64,000 nucleotides of DNA from Lingula anatina (Eukaryota; Animalia; Brachiopoda). The notes under the pieces are model-generated. The model did no database searches. It was not told where the DNA came from and worked only from the letters and a program-made list of their open reading frames with translations. Shown here one piece after another: positions 49,234 to 63,095 of this stretch. The stretch is taken from positions 43,964,401-44,028,400 of the forward strand of contig CM120641.1 of NCBI GenBank assembly GCA_051362555.1. Reading direction: 5' to 3'. Each line of letters starts with the position of its first letter. Position 1 is the stretch's first letter. The translations under genes and the position numbers were made by a program.

Positions 49234-52200
49234 ATGGACGTCCCATTAAAGACATTATCGATTTGGATATTTAGTCTTCTTTCAGCGTGTTTTGTGAGTA
49301 TATTCTTTGTTTTTGTAACGGAAAACGATAAAATGTATTTCTCTCTTTTTTTTCTTTTTTGAAAATTCAGTTTTTATTTAACCCCAGGACAGATAATCTA
49401 CTGTAATTGCAGTTATTGACTTATTCGCAAAGAAATAACGAAAAGCGCGTCTAGTTGCATGGAAGACTGGGTACAGGTATAACTAAAAAGAAACCTAAGC
49501 ATCAAAATTACAGAACTTTGATTGGCTCATTTCGCTCTGTCACGTCATACATCTGAAACTATGTTCAGAAATATTGCTGCATAAGACAATACAAAAACGG
49601 AATGACACGTGGTCTTTTTGAGCATGTTTGATCATGCGCGGAGGAGATATATATTAAAAACATTGAATAATTGAATGAAAACATTGAACAGTTGTGCTGT
49701 TGATAATACCCATCTACCTTACCACTTATGATTCAGGTACAGTTATTTGTACCAGTTGATGCGACCGGTAAGATAGCAGTACAGCTTCTCAGCTTCAAAA
49801 ATGAGAACCACAAACGCGCCAGCGGTCAGTGCTGTGATAACTCTTTAACATTCTTCTGTAACCTCGACCCTTGCGACACATCCTTTAAACTGTGTTTTGA
49901 TGCACCTGGTGGGTAAGTTGACTTAGTGTAGATATATGAAAATTAATCATATATATAGATGAACCTTTTTTTAAAGTTCTTCCCGAGTTTGGATGCAATG
50001 TTTAAAATGTAGGAAAGACAAAAATACATAGAAGTAATGGTAATACACACACACACATACACACACACTTTTGGAAGAACTACACATTGAAATGAAATTA
50101 ATGTCATCTTGCGAAAAGCAATTTAGTCTTTAAGCCAAATAAAACACAGAAGAATACAGTCTATTATAAATAAATCCAGGCAGTACCATCCCGTCCTAGT
50201 AATAGTGTCAGGTAAGTCGAAAGAAAGACGCACTCCTTGTCTATAATTTTACTTAAATTTTTTACCACAGAATAGAATTTTTTTCGTTTCTTAATAAAAT
50301 GAACATGAAACTATTAGTTTAATAACCATACATATTGTAACCTAGTTTGCTGTAATTGGCGAAATACATGCAGGCTTGGTCTCTTCGGTCATGTCTTAGT
50401 ATGATACATGTCACACTGTTATCAACCAAGTCAGCACACATGACCTAAAACAGGTATTTTGCTTCTAGTAAAATGTGATGAGGGCTTTTTAACTTGACTC
50501 AACCGCCTTTATGAAATTGTAGAAAATGATACACAAAAGTATCCTTCTAGATGAAAACGATCAAATTTGTCATCTCAGTTATGTGAATATATTAGACTCA
50601 CAAAATGTGGCATGTCTGGTGAGTGTAACAGGGTTATTTGTATTTAACCCCCTCTATGCTACCAAATTGAGTACCGAAATAATTCCTATCACTTATTTAA
50701 GTGTCAGGTGAGTATAAAGTCCAGGAAAAACATCCAAAATCCAACATGCTTAAAAAGGACATTGGTAGGGTTATTCCAGACGAAAGAAGCCCCCCCCCCA
50801 AATGCCTGGGCTTGGCAAAAGCTTGTGTCAGTCAAGTTGATCGATAAGGTTGATAAGTGTATCTTCGCTACCTGCTATTCCCTGAGATTACCGGGGACTT
50901 GCCTCCAGTACTGTTGATACCTGTATGTTCCTTAATAATTTAGTGTTTCGTTAATAATACTTTTAGAATACTTAGGCCTACTCCAATTCGAGAAAGACTG
51001 GGCGCATGTCTGGCATTGAATAGATTTTGTTTATTTAGAATTTTTGATGCTGTTAAAGTGAGATTTTTGTGTATAATTCCCTGCTATGGGGTATTCATAA
51101 GATGGGTGATGTTATACAGTGAAGTAGTCCACTCCCGGACGCTATTTCCAAAGTGCACTTACATTGTCCAAGCTTAGTCAGTAAAACGCCGTAGTTGTCT
51201 ACGTGCCCTAGTTTCGTAGAAGTAACGAGGCGCAAAATCGTGATAGGTATTTTTGAATCATTCTGTTATATCTGTAATTTTTTCCTTCAGAAATAGCGAC
51301 ATTGAGTCGTGTGCCTACGGGTCCACAGGCTATGTCGGATCCATCCAGTCCAATGACATCAACTTTCAAACAGGACCAGATGAAACCAAGAATCCTTTCT
51401 TTGCAAACTTTACCACGTGGCCGGTATGGGTGTATTCCCAGATATTTAGATCGGTCCAGAGATTAAGATTTAGATCGACCTAACTCCCTGGGGGTTCACG
51501 CTAAATTACAGTCAGCCGAGCGCACACCATAGTTAATTACCCCCTTACAGCTTTCAGTAGACGGGACAGACGCCTAAGCCGGCTAAGCTGACAGTAATCT
51601 AGTGAGACTCCCTACAGGGATAGATCGATCTAAAATCTATGGAAATGGGGTCTATGATTCCTTTCTTGCCAAATGTAATACGTGGTCGTTTGAATCCTTT
51701 ATTAGCAAACTTTACTGTGGTCAGGACGATTACTTTTTTATCCAAACTTAACCAAGTGGCCGGTATGGATTCTTACAATTTGTTTACATAATTTACAATA
51801 TTAACGATGTTAACATGAGGTGCGTGATCTTGAAACGTATTTTTTATCATTGTTTTTATATATGTGTATATTACAGTTAAATTATGAGAAGTATATGTTC
51901 CGAGCATGGTGTACCAGTTTGTTGAATCTTTCATTTGTTGTTTTAACAGAATTAAAATACTCGCGTACTCGGTTTATGAGTCTTTTTGATTGACCAATGT
52001 AGAATTCAGGTTGGACAGATGGACAATATATGGCATTTGAGATTTAAAAGCCATATCCTCTTTGGTATTCATACTTTTTATATACTATTGTAGTATTGTC
52101 AACATGTTCTCTGTTTGTTCTAGTTTTGAGTTACAATAATTTAATGTCGTACATGCACTGGCTTCGTTCCTACTTCTCAGGGCTCGTTTAAAATCAAAGT

Positions 52201-55200
52201 GGACGTTATAGACAAAGATGTAGCAGCCACGCTGGACGGGAACCCGGGAGACGATAGAGTGGACACATTTGAAGCCGTAATTCCCGTAAATGCGATAGTA
52301 CAGAACGTTGGCGACAACCTGTGGAACTTTGAGAGCATCACGGGGAAGAGACAGCAAGAACCAACGTCGTAAGTTGCCGGTATAATCTGTGTATACATGT
52401 TAGTTGATTTTAAACAAGTTTGGCTTCTCCATAGTGTAACATGCCAATGGTGGATTACTGCATACTTTAAGCTTAGGTGTAAATGTAAAGAAGGCTGATA
52501 GACTGTTACTAACAGACATTCTGCATACGGTAAATGATGAATGTTCTATAATATTTTATAAATGAGTACAAATAATATTTTGCTTAATAAGTAACATATA
52601 ACTCGCTTAATTAGTAACATTAAGTTTTTTTCTTCTTTTTTCAGGTTGACCTTCAACGTTAAAGCGTATTGTGATCCAGGTAAAATTAAAAGTTATTGAA
52701 CTTTTTACAGCGATTAGATAATTAAAATATACTTCACTGCATTTGAAATGAATGACACCAACATTTACGTAGAGATGATGCAGCTAAGGTACAGGCATGA
52801 TCGCGATTTTTTCATTTGTAAAATTAACTTTGTCTCTTAACAGATTAAATAGGGTATTCATTAACTAGCATATGCCCGCAGAAAGTAAAGTCAAAGAGTA
52901 AATAATATGGTCTAACAAGACATGTAAATGAAAATAAAAATAAGAAGATGTATCTTCCTCTTGAAATATGAAGCATCTTTGTCACAATCTCTTCATTTTC
53001 TCACCAGGTTGGGTCGGGTTTGATTGCGGTACCAATGTGGACGAGTGCGCCAGCAATCCATGCGTAAACGGCGGGAGTTGTTTTGACGGTAACAACATGT
53101 ACACGTGTATCTGTCCTCCTGGGTACGCTGGCACGAACTGTCAGTCGAAAGTGTTGGAATGTTCTAGCAACCCTTGTCAAAATGGTGGGACCTGTGTTCA
53201 AGGAAACAACGCGTATACCTGTCAGTGCGCCGCGGGATTCTCAGGGACAAACTGTCAAGTGAACGTGAACGAGTGCGCCAGTACTCCGTGCCTGAACGGG
53301 GCGTCATGCATTGATGGCATTAATTCGTACCGCTGTCAATGTTCCACCGGGTTTACTGGGACCAACTGCAAGATTAATATTGATGAATGTGGCAGCAACC
53401 CATGTAAAAATGGTGCTCGTTGCATAGATGGCGTCAACTCCTTCACCTGTGTATGTCCAGCTGGGTATACTGGAACAACGTGCGCTACAAACGTCAACGA
53501 GTGTGCAAGTGATCCATGCCTGAATTTCGGTACTTGTGTTGATTGTGTGAATTCCTACACGTGCCGCTGTGTGCCGGGGTTCGCAGGGTCTCGGTGCCAG
53601 GTCGACGTCAACGAATGTGCCAGTAATCCCTGTCAAAACGGCGCATTGTGCTTGGACCGCCAAAATGCGTACACGTGCATGTGTCGACCAGGGTACACGG
53701 GAGTTACCTGCGGAGTTAACATCGACGAATGCGCCAGAGTGCCATGTCAAAATGGCGGGACATGTTCAGATCTGATCAACTCCTACACGTGTCAGTGTGC
53801 GGCAGGATTTTCGGGAACTGATTGCGAAATTAACATCGACGAATGCGCGAGTGGGCCATGTAGAAACGGGGCCACGTGCAGAGACATGATAAACAGCTAT
53901 GTTTGCAGTTGTCAATCCGGATTCTCTGGCACTACCTGTGAAATTAGAGACATAAATGGCTGTTCGAATTCTCCCTGTCAGGATATGGGAGTTTGTATAC
54001 CTGTCGGCAGCACTGGCTATAGGTGTCAGTGTGCTAGCGGGTTTACAGGAACAAACTGTGAAACCAATATCAATGAATGCGCCAGCAACCCTTGTCGAAA
54101 CCGCGGCATATGCATCAACGACATCAACAGGTACATCTGTCAATGCGCAGGTGGCTTTACCGGCACAAACTGTGAGACCAATATCAATGAATGCGCCAGC
54201 AACCCTTGTCGAAACCGCGGCATATGCATCAACGACATCAACAGGTATATCTGTCAATGCGCAGGTGGCTTTACCGGCACAAACTGTGAGACAAATATCA
54301 ATGAATGCGCCAGCAACCCTTGTCGAAACCGCGGCATATGCATCAACGACATCAACAGGAACATCTGTCAATGCGCAGGTGGCTTTACCGGCACAAACTG
54401 TGAGACAAATATCAATGAATGCGCCAGCAACCCTTGTCAAAACCGCGGCATATGCATCAACGACATCAACAGGTATATCTGTCAATGCGCAGGTGGCTTT
54501 ACCGGCACAAACTGTGAGACCAATATCAATGAATGCGCCAGCAACCCTTGTCAAAACCGCGGCATATGCATCAACGACATCAACAGGTATATTTGTCAGT
54601 GCGCGTCTGGTTTTACGGGCACGAACTGCGAGACCAATATCAATGAATGCGCAACCAACCCTTGCAAAAATGGCGCCACTTGTGTAGACGGCATGAATTC
54701 ATATTCATGCGTGTGTGCTAAAGGTTTCAAGGGAGTTAATTGCGAAACAAACATTGACGAATGTGCAGACAAACCATGCCAGAATAATGCCAAATGCCAG
54801 GACGGCATTAATGGATTCACCTGTATTTGTCCCAGCGGGTTTACTGGAACCAGATGCCAGAATAAAGTCAGTTATTGTGACGGACAGCCATGTGGACAGT
54901 CAGGCACGTGCGTGGAAATGGCAGATGGGTATCGTTGTAAATATCCTTCTGGACAGGCTGGTGATCGCTACCAGGTGCCGCTGATGTGCAAGGAAAACCC
55001 GTGTCAGAACCGAGGTATCTGCGTCATGGACAATACCACAGCTGTGTGCTTCTGCAGAGACGGATATTTTGGAAGCACCTGTCAGTTTTCTCTGCACCAG
55101 GTGACTGGGTCTTTCTCCGGCAATTACGTGTGCTCCTTCAACTGCAGATGCAAACACGGCATGAAAGGTGAGTGTAAGTTGGATGTGATTGGCAAACTTC

Positions 55201-55566
55201 TTCAAGTCAGTAAACAACTTTATAAATTACCTTTTGTTCAGACCTTAACGTTTGACTAGTAAGAATTTTAGATACTCCATTTGCAAAATGTTTTTAATCT
55301 TTTGGAGTAAACAATGATAAAATCTTATTCTGTTGATTTAGACTCATTGTTATGTAGTTTCTTTAAAAACATTTCACCGCATCCAAATAATGATATTTGA
55401 TAGAAAGGAAATAATTTTGTTTTCAGGTCCGAAATGTAACGAGCGAGACCCATGTGCATACATCAAGTGTCAGAACAAAGGTGTCTGCGTCTCCGAGTCC
55501 GAAATTTCGTTTACATGTCTCTGTCCCAATCGATATTGTGGTCGATTTTGTGAAACACGGTGCTAA
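49234..55566 (+). CDS. Cluster gene 3: secreted MNNL/C2 + ~19 EGF protein without DSL or TM, ~961 aa
   Basis: Exons 49234-49293, 49743-49912, 51291-51423, 52181-52368, 52645-52679, 53008-55167, 55427-55566 (2886 nt, in frame). Ends CGRFCETRC-stop with no hydrophobic segment. Confidence 0.87.
51428..51652. mobile_element. Palindromic MITE with 3-bp TSD (TAT), PIF/Harbinger-like, at intron position +5 of gene 3 intron 3
   Basis: TAT at 51425-51427 and 51653-51655. Similar to 19972-20185. Absent at the homologous site of gene 1, which reads gtaagaatcctttcttgg. Confidence 0.8.
54066..54635 (+). repeat. Five near-identical 114-nt EGF units in tandem
   Basis: NINECASNPC(R/Q)NRGICINDINR(Y/N)ICQCA(G/S)GFTGTNCET x5. 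Confidence 0.92.
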
Positions 55567-56160
55567 TTGGTTAACACTTATAGTGATACCGACATGGAAT
55601 ATAGTAGTGATGTCGGCATGAAATAACGTAGTGAAAATGGCATGGAATAAAGTTCGACGCAAGGACTTGAAATTTCCACTACCCAGGTGCACGTATAAAT
55701 AAAACTGAGTGGAAGTATTGTATGAGCACAATTTACAAGTTCTGCCTTATGTTTTCATATTACACAGAAGAAACATAAAATGTATCATCTCTATTAACAC
55801 GTTTTTCAGACTTCAGAGTTTTTTGTGATTGCGTTTTCACACAAAGACAAGCTGGTTTAAATGGTGAATCTAGAAAAATATTGTTCTACCTCAAGTATCC
55901 CGTTATAGAAACGTGTTAAGTATTTGTCTAAAGCACAGGCATATTTTCCTTCTTCTAACACATTTATTTAGGTGTACTTCTACCTAGTTCAAAGAAGACT
56001 TTCATTTGTATTTGGTCTAAAAGATAGGGCCAACTTTTGATTCTGTAAACCAAATGTGATCCTTTATAACTATGTGGTTCTTTTAAGCTATAACTTCAGG
56101 TATGTAATTTTTATACCAGGATTATTTTCACAAGTGCACCCGTGGCATCATAAGAAAATA

Positions 56161-57820
56161 CAGGGTTACCACTTAATATGGAATATTTTTTATCAATGTT
56201 ATTTTTGAGTGCTGATTAATTTTTTTTGGCTTGAGTCATTAAAAAAGTATGTCACTGAGTGATAATAACATCCAGTCTTCTGTTGTGAGATATTTTGGTC
56301 AATAATATTAAATCTGACATAAGATGCCATTCAAAAGAAAGGAACACCCCCAGAAAACCATATCAACAGTTTGATATCAGTATAAACTTTAAGATAAGAT
56401 ATTAAAGAAAATGATAGCCTCCGGACAGTGATATGTTACACAGTCAAAGAACTCACTACAGTAAATCATGAAAAGTCAGTAATTGCGGGTATGACCTCCA
56501 GCAGCCGCTTGCAGCGCCCTCATCCTACATGGCACATCCTGTGACACGTTTTTTAGAGTTTGGGTGGGGATATCATTCCCTAGCAGTGATATTTGCCTGT
56601 CGCAGTTCATCACTATTTACCGGCCGAGGACCATAGCTATTAATTCTGTGAGTTACTTCCACCCACAGATTTTCAATTGGGTTCATATCTGGAGAGTTTG
56701 CAGGCCAGGGCAGTTGCTGAACCCATTGGTTTTGAAGAAAAACAGTGATTCTGCGGCCTCGATGTGGGGTTGCGCAGTCGTCTTGGTACACAAAGTTGTT
56801 CCTGAAGATGAATCTTACCAATCGAAGCATTGTTTGCTGTAGATTGTCTCTGTAGGAATCCTGGATGAGGTTGCCTCCTAGAAAAACCAACTGGTTCTGG
56901 GCACCGACATGAAATACCCCCCAAACAGAGACGTTACCATCCCCTGCTTGCACCCTAGGCAGTACACAATCATTGTTTTATGCCCCTCGTACACGTCGGT
57001 GGACACGGATTCGACGATCAACCCTAAAAAATCCATATCTGGCCTTATCACTGAAAACAACGTGATTCCAGTGTTTTGGCTGCAAACGCACGTGGTCCCC
57101 AGCCCGTTGCAGACGTCGCTGTACATGACCTGCTGTTAACAGTGGTTTCCATACTGGCCTTCGTGCAAAATAACCGGCTTGCAGAAATCTCTTGTTCACG
57201 TGGGACCTTGAAACGGGCGTTTGAATGACATTCTGCCTCTCTTTTCTGAGAACACTGGTTGTCTTTGTACGACCAGCACCGCGTCCACTAAGGAGAAGGC
57301 GATCCTGTCTTCTTGATGTGATACGCGGACACCCTGGTCGAGGTATTGGAGTAGGTGCCCCTGTAGCAGCATTTCTTTGGAGGACTTCACAAACGGTTCC
57401 TGATAAATGTTGAATTACCTGGCAATGGCTGTCCGTTTCTGGCCATTTTCTCTGAGAGCAAGAATCCCCTAGTAAGCTGCGTTGCTTTGCTGTCGTACCA
57501 TATCTTCACTAAGGTACCTGTCACGTTTCAGAGCGATCCCTTTGTTGCTTCTCTAAACACGCTCCAAAGATTGACCAAACCCATGCGTTTTTATACAAGG
57601 GCAGAAATTGCCGAAAAGACCACCCCTCACATTTATGACCACAGAACATGCAACTGCATGCATCAATTAATTCGAGAGTTGTGTGGTAATTAGGTAACAT
57701 ATCTGGCTACACATGGAGCGACACCCCAGCTTTGCATTTAAAGTAGTTAGAGAGAAATTAAATATTTTGTAGAAAATTTATTCGCCAAAAAATAATATTC
57801 CATATTAAGTGGTAACCCTG
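56161..57820 (-). mobile_element. Tc1 (DD34E) transposon with both ends intact and a frameshifted transposase
   Basis: 27-bp TIRs CAGGGTTACCACTTAATATGGAATATT (56161-56187; inverse at 57794-57820) with TA on both flanks. Minus-strand fragments WNHVVFSDK, GNVSVWGVF and YQDDCATPH..WPANSPDMNPIENLW, with 34 residues between D and E, are spread over several frames. Confidence 0.92.
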
Positions 57821-58312
57821 TATGTTATCTATACCCTTATCACTATAACCCTAAACGACAAAATGTCTTTAATGTAAACATTGTCAACTTGCTCGCCATA
57901 AAGGTAATAATAAAAATGATGATTTATTAATTTTAATTTTAATTCTCAGTAAAAGAAAAGAGTACCAGTTTCAGTAAAAAGATAAAAAAACACAAATTTC
58001 AAGATACTTAGTGTATATGCAATACGATATATAGGATATATATCTAAAATATTAAATAGATTAATTTAGATAAAAATTTAAGTAAGCTATAGAACAAAAT
58101 CCTCACGGGGAAGTTCACAGGCAAGACTCATGGATGTGGTTTATGAACCAAAATGTACCAGCAGCCAAACCCATTATTCAACTCGCTGTGTTATCAAGGA
58201 TGCTAAAGATTTTATAGTTACTAAGTTCAGGTATCATATGGATGTTTTCACATGCGTCCTTGCATGCTGTACCGGTCACTTATTTTAAACCTGTCTGTCA
58301 CCAATGTTCATT

Positions 58313-61300
58313 ATGGAACTGACGGGTGCTTCGCTGGTTTTGACTCTCATCATAATATTTATTCAGGTCAGTCGTTCATAACTCCTTTACACACACACAC
58401 ACACACACACAGTGATTTGAAATCTACTTTGTTATGTCTGATTTGCGACTGTGAATTTAATCCTCGAATGTATTTAGATTCAGATTTTATTCAATAAAAT
58501 AAAACAGCAGATATTTGGCACACTTTGAAGCACTTTTAAAAATTGTAGCTCCTGACAAAGGTGGATTCTACTGGCAAGATAGCTGTGCAGCTGCTTACTT
58601 TTAAGAATAAAAATTATAAAAGTGCAAATGGACGGTGCTGCGACAGTAGCCTCACGTTTTGGTGCAATGTAGACGGATGTGATACAACTTTCAAGTTGTG
58701 CTTTGACAGCAGCATTGGGTAGGAAACCACAAGCTGGGTGGTATTTTTCAATTTATTTTTAAAAAAATACTACAATGTACGTTGAATTACCTTTGTTTTA
58801 TTATGATTTACGTTTGCCCCTTCTCAATGACGGTGAGTCACGTTCTTGTTGCTGTGCATATGGGAAATGGCCCTACAATACTGCTGAATAACGTTGTTAA
58901 TTGTAGCATCTTGTTAAAAAGCGACAAAATTATTCTATTTAAATACTTTTATTCATTTTATGTCAACTAAAATGAAATTAAGGATAAAAGAGGAACATAA
59001 GAATAAATATCGATTGATGAGCACAACCATGAGAATCAGCGACTTAGTATTACTAAATACATTTGGCTACTCGCAGGCTTCCAAATCAGGAGTAATTTTG
59101 CCTTGTTACACCAAACCATACTTCGTTTTCTTTCGGCGTGAACATAATTAAATCTGACTGAGATTGCACTTTTTTCCAAGTGGAAAACAGATTAGAATAT
59201 ACAAACTTTGTATTATATTAATTCTAGATCTAATTCCATGGATTCATGTGCTTACGGTTCCTTTGGGTATCTTGGGGATATAAAGAGCAATGACATAAAT
59301 TTGAGAAATGAAAATGGATTCAAAGATCCATTTGTTGCAGATATTACTTCATGGCCGGTAAGTGTAAAATTGCATGTTTAGTAGTAGCGGACAACATGAG
59401 AGAAATATCTCTTGTAAAACAATCCCTTAGTTCAGTAAACACATGTATACAGAGGAAACCGTACAGCATATCTCTAAACGTTATGTATAAACTGTAATGA
59501 TATACTCTGCAAGACGTAAAATAAAGAAGTTGCAATATTTGTAATCACATTAAGAAAGACATGGAGATACATTTGTCTATGAAATGCTATTTTTGCAAAT
59601 GAAATGTGCCATTTTAGGGATCTTTCAAATTAAAAGTGGATGTAAAGGATTTAGATGGAGGCCCATCCGGAGGCGACGATCCTATTGACTTCTTGCAGAC
59701 GACCATCACAACAGCCGCCGCCCCCAGTGAGAACGCTGCATCCTGGACCTCAGTGTCCTTGCAGGGAACTAGAGGGACAGAACCCACGTCGTAATGTCAT
59801 AATTATTAAGATATACATGTACATGTGCCCTCACCAGGGACCTAGTCTTTGTTCTAAAACCTTTAAGCACAACTACGTATATATATATATCTGTCTTATG
59901 TTTTATGACTTCAGTTCAAAAATAAAAACCTTCAAATCGCATGCTTACCTTATCATCTAGTAAGAAGCAATTGATATGTGTCTATTAAGTAATCAGCTTT
60001 ATTTTACCTTTTGTCGCCTTTTTGCAATGACATAATGATAATTTCTGCGTTCTTCTTTGCAATAGGGTTACACTGCGGGTCAAAGTTTACTGTGATCCAG
60101 GTGAGAATGTGAGAATGTGCGAATGCACCGAGGCGACAATGAGCCATTAGAAATATCACAACTTAGAAATACATTAACTTTAATTCAATATCTCTGTTGT
60201 AAAAAAGGTAAAAGAACAAAGTAAACATTCATTCAAATAACCATTTTGGTCATATTCTCTTAGAATTAAGTTATTTTTCAACAATTTACTAATATACACC
60301 TAATATTGAAAATGAAAACGATGTAGTAAAGATGTTAGAGCACATATGTTAGATCGAAAGCATGCTTTGAAGCTCCAGTATCAAGTATATTTAAAAATAC
60401 CTAAAATAGTTTTGTTATACCTACTTATAGGATACACAGGGGCAGATTGTGCCACTAACATAAACGAATGTGCCAGCAACCCTTGTAATAATGGTGGAAC
60501 ATGTCAAGACAACATTAACTTCTACACGTGTCAGTGTCCCCCCGGATACACGGGAGTTAACTGCGAGACAGACATTAATGAATGTGCCAGCGGTCCCTGT
60601 CAGAACGGCGCCACGTGTCTGGATGGGGTGAATGCCTACACGTGCCAGTGTGCCCCTGGTTATACCGGAGTTCTCTGCCTGGTTAACATTGATGAATGTG
60701 CCAGCAGTCCGTGCCAGAATAATGCCACGTGTCAGGACGGCATCAATGGATTCACCTGTGACTGTCCCGGGGGATTCACAGGGACCCTGTGTGAGACTGA
60801 TATCAATGAATGTGACAGCAACCCGTGTGTTAACAGTGGGACTTGTCAGAATGAAATAAACGCGTTTACATGTCAGTGTCCTAATGGTTTTACCGGGACA
60901 ATTTGTGAGACGAACATTGATGACTGTGTTAACGCTTTTTGTTATAATAATGCCACGTGTGTGGACGGCGTTGAATCCTTTCAGTGTCAGTGTATGGCAG
61001 GATTCACAGGCACACAGTGCCAGACGGACATTGACGACTGTCTCAACGTAACATGCCAAAATAACGCCACATGCCAGGACGGCATAAATGGATTCACCTG
61101 CGTTTGTAGCGATGGATACACGGGGCAGCTGTGTGAGTCTGATATTGACGAATGTGGGAGTAGCCCATGTCAGAACAATGGAGCATGCCAGGATTTTATC
61201 AACATGTACACCTGTAATTGCTCAACCGGTTTTACAGGTACACATTGTGAAACCAACATCGATGATTGTGTTAATAATACCTGTCAAAATGGTGCCACTT

Positions 61301-62602
61301 GTTTAGACGGAATCACCGACTTCATCTGTCAGTGTCCACCAGGTTATACGGGACAGTCTTGTGAAACCAACATCGATGGTTGTGTTAATAATACCTGTCA
61401 AAATGGTGCCACTTGTATAGACGGTATCACCGACTTCATCTGTCATTGTCCACCAGGTTATACGGGACAGTCTTGTGAAATTGACATAGACGAGTGTTCA
61501 AGCATGCCTTGTACCAATGATGGCAGATGTCAAGACGCTGTGGATGGCTTTCAGTGTTTGTGCCGGTCTGGTTTTACAGGCAGGCAATGCGAAAACAACA
61601 TTGACGAATGCGCTAGTGCTCCATGCTTTAACAACGCAACGTGTCTGGGTGAAATCGATTCATACCGCTGTTTGTGCCCGCGTGGTTTTGTAGGCGACAG
61701 ATGCGAGAAAGCAAGTCCTTGTCAGCATCAATTATGTCAAAACGGAGGAAAATGCATCGACAACGGGGTCTCCTATACATGTCAGTGTAAATTAGGATAT
61801 CGCGGACAACAGTGTGAAATCCTAGAAACAACAGATGTCAGCACCACCCCGACGAGCAGCGCCGCGTGTTTATCAAACCCCTGTAAAAACAATGGTCACT
61901 GTAAGAAAAAGGATGACCATTATGCATGCTTTTGCAGCAACGGCTTTTACGGCCCACAGTGCCAGTTTGAAATTTTTGAATGCTTCAGCAACCCTTGCCA
62001 AAATTCTGGAACTTGCCACGACATCGTTGGGGGCTTCTTTTGCAAGTGCCTACCTGACTTTGCCGGCAAGTTCTGCGAAATCCGCCTCAACCCCTGCTCT
62101 GCCCAACCATGTGAGAATCATGGAACTTGCATTCCAACTTCTGACGGACACCGATGTGATTGCCCGGCAGGATTCGCAGGAGACCGTTGCCAGATGGCCT
62201 TATTGTGCCAGAAAAGCCCATGTCAGAACGGTGGTGTGTGCATTCCACAGAACAACCAAGCCACTTGCTTTTGTAAAGATGGCTATTTTGGTACCTTCTG
62301 CCAGCATCCCCTCCACAAGTTGACCGGGTCCTCTACCGGGAACTACATTTGCTCCTATAATTGTAAATGCAATCACGGGATGAAAGGTACGTAAGCATTC
62401 TTATCTGTAAGAAGTCACTTATCCTTGCAATACGATGAACATCCACGAACAGTATGCTGAGCATACGCGTTGCTTCCCAGCTCTTTTTGCATAAATGCAT
62501 CCTTCGTAATCAGTAAGAGTGAATCACAGTTAAGCCCTGCAACAGAGCCGAAAATTCGTACAGGGAGTTGCGCCACCCAATCCCCCCCCCCCCCCCCCGC
62601 CC

Positions 62603-62638
<36 letters not shown>

Positions 62639-63095
62639 CATACAAAATAAAAAAAAAATAATAATAATAAATAAAACACACGTAATCTATTTTGCAATAT
62701 TAAATATTTGCAGATTTAATTATGCTTTTTCCTGCCAGTGGTAACTTTAAATGTTACCATATATTAAACATCACATAACTACATGATAATACTTTATAAT
62801 AAAGTCAGTGAAATATATACCAGAGTACATGTACACTGATAAAGTATGGCTATATTTAAGTTACTTGTGTGAGACAAGCCAACAACAGAATTGTTCTGAC
62901 AAAGCATTTTTCAGAAAAAGTACAGTTTTGTTATATGGTGAATTTTCCATTTAAGGTCAAAACTGCAACGAACGGGATCCTTGCGCTTACGTCGCGTGTC
63001 AGAATAAGGGAGTGTGTGTCTCCGAGTCCGAATTCGAATTCCAGTGTCTTTGCCGCCAGGGGCACTGCGGTCGCTTCTGCGAAGTCCAGTGCTGA
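58313..63095 (+). CDS. Cluster gene 4: secreted MNNL/C2 + ~17 EGF protein without DSL or TM, ~885 aa
   Basis: Exons 58313-58366, 58549-58718, 59228-59357, 59618-59790, 60066-60100, 60431-62386, 62956-63095 (2658 nt, in frame). Signal MELTGASLVLTLIIIFIQLLTKVDS; ends CGRFCEVQC-stop. Confidence 0.88.
62582..62636. repeat. Poly-C plus (CA)n microsatellite
   Basis: Directly visible in the last intron of gene 4. Confidence 0.85.
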
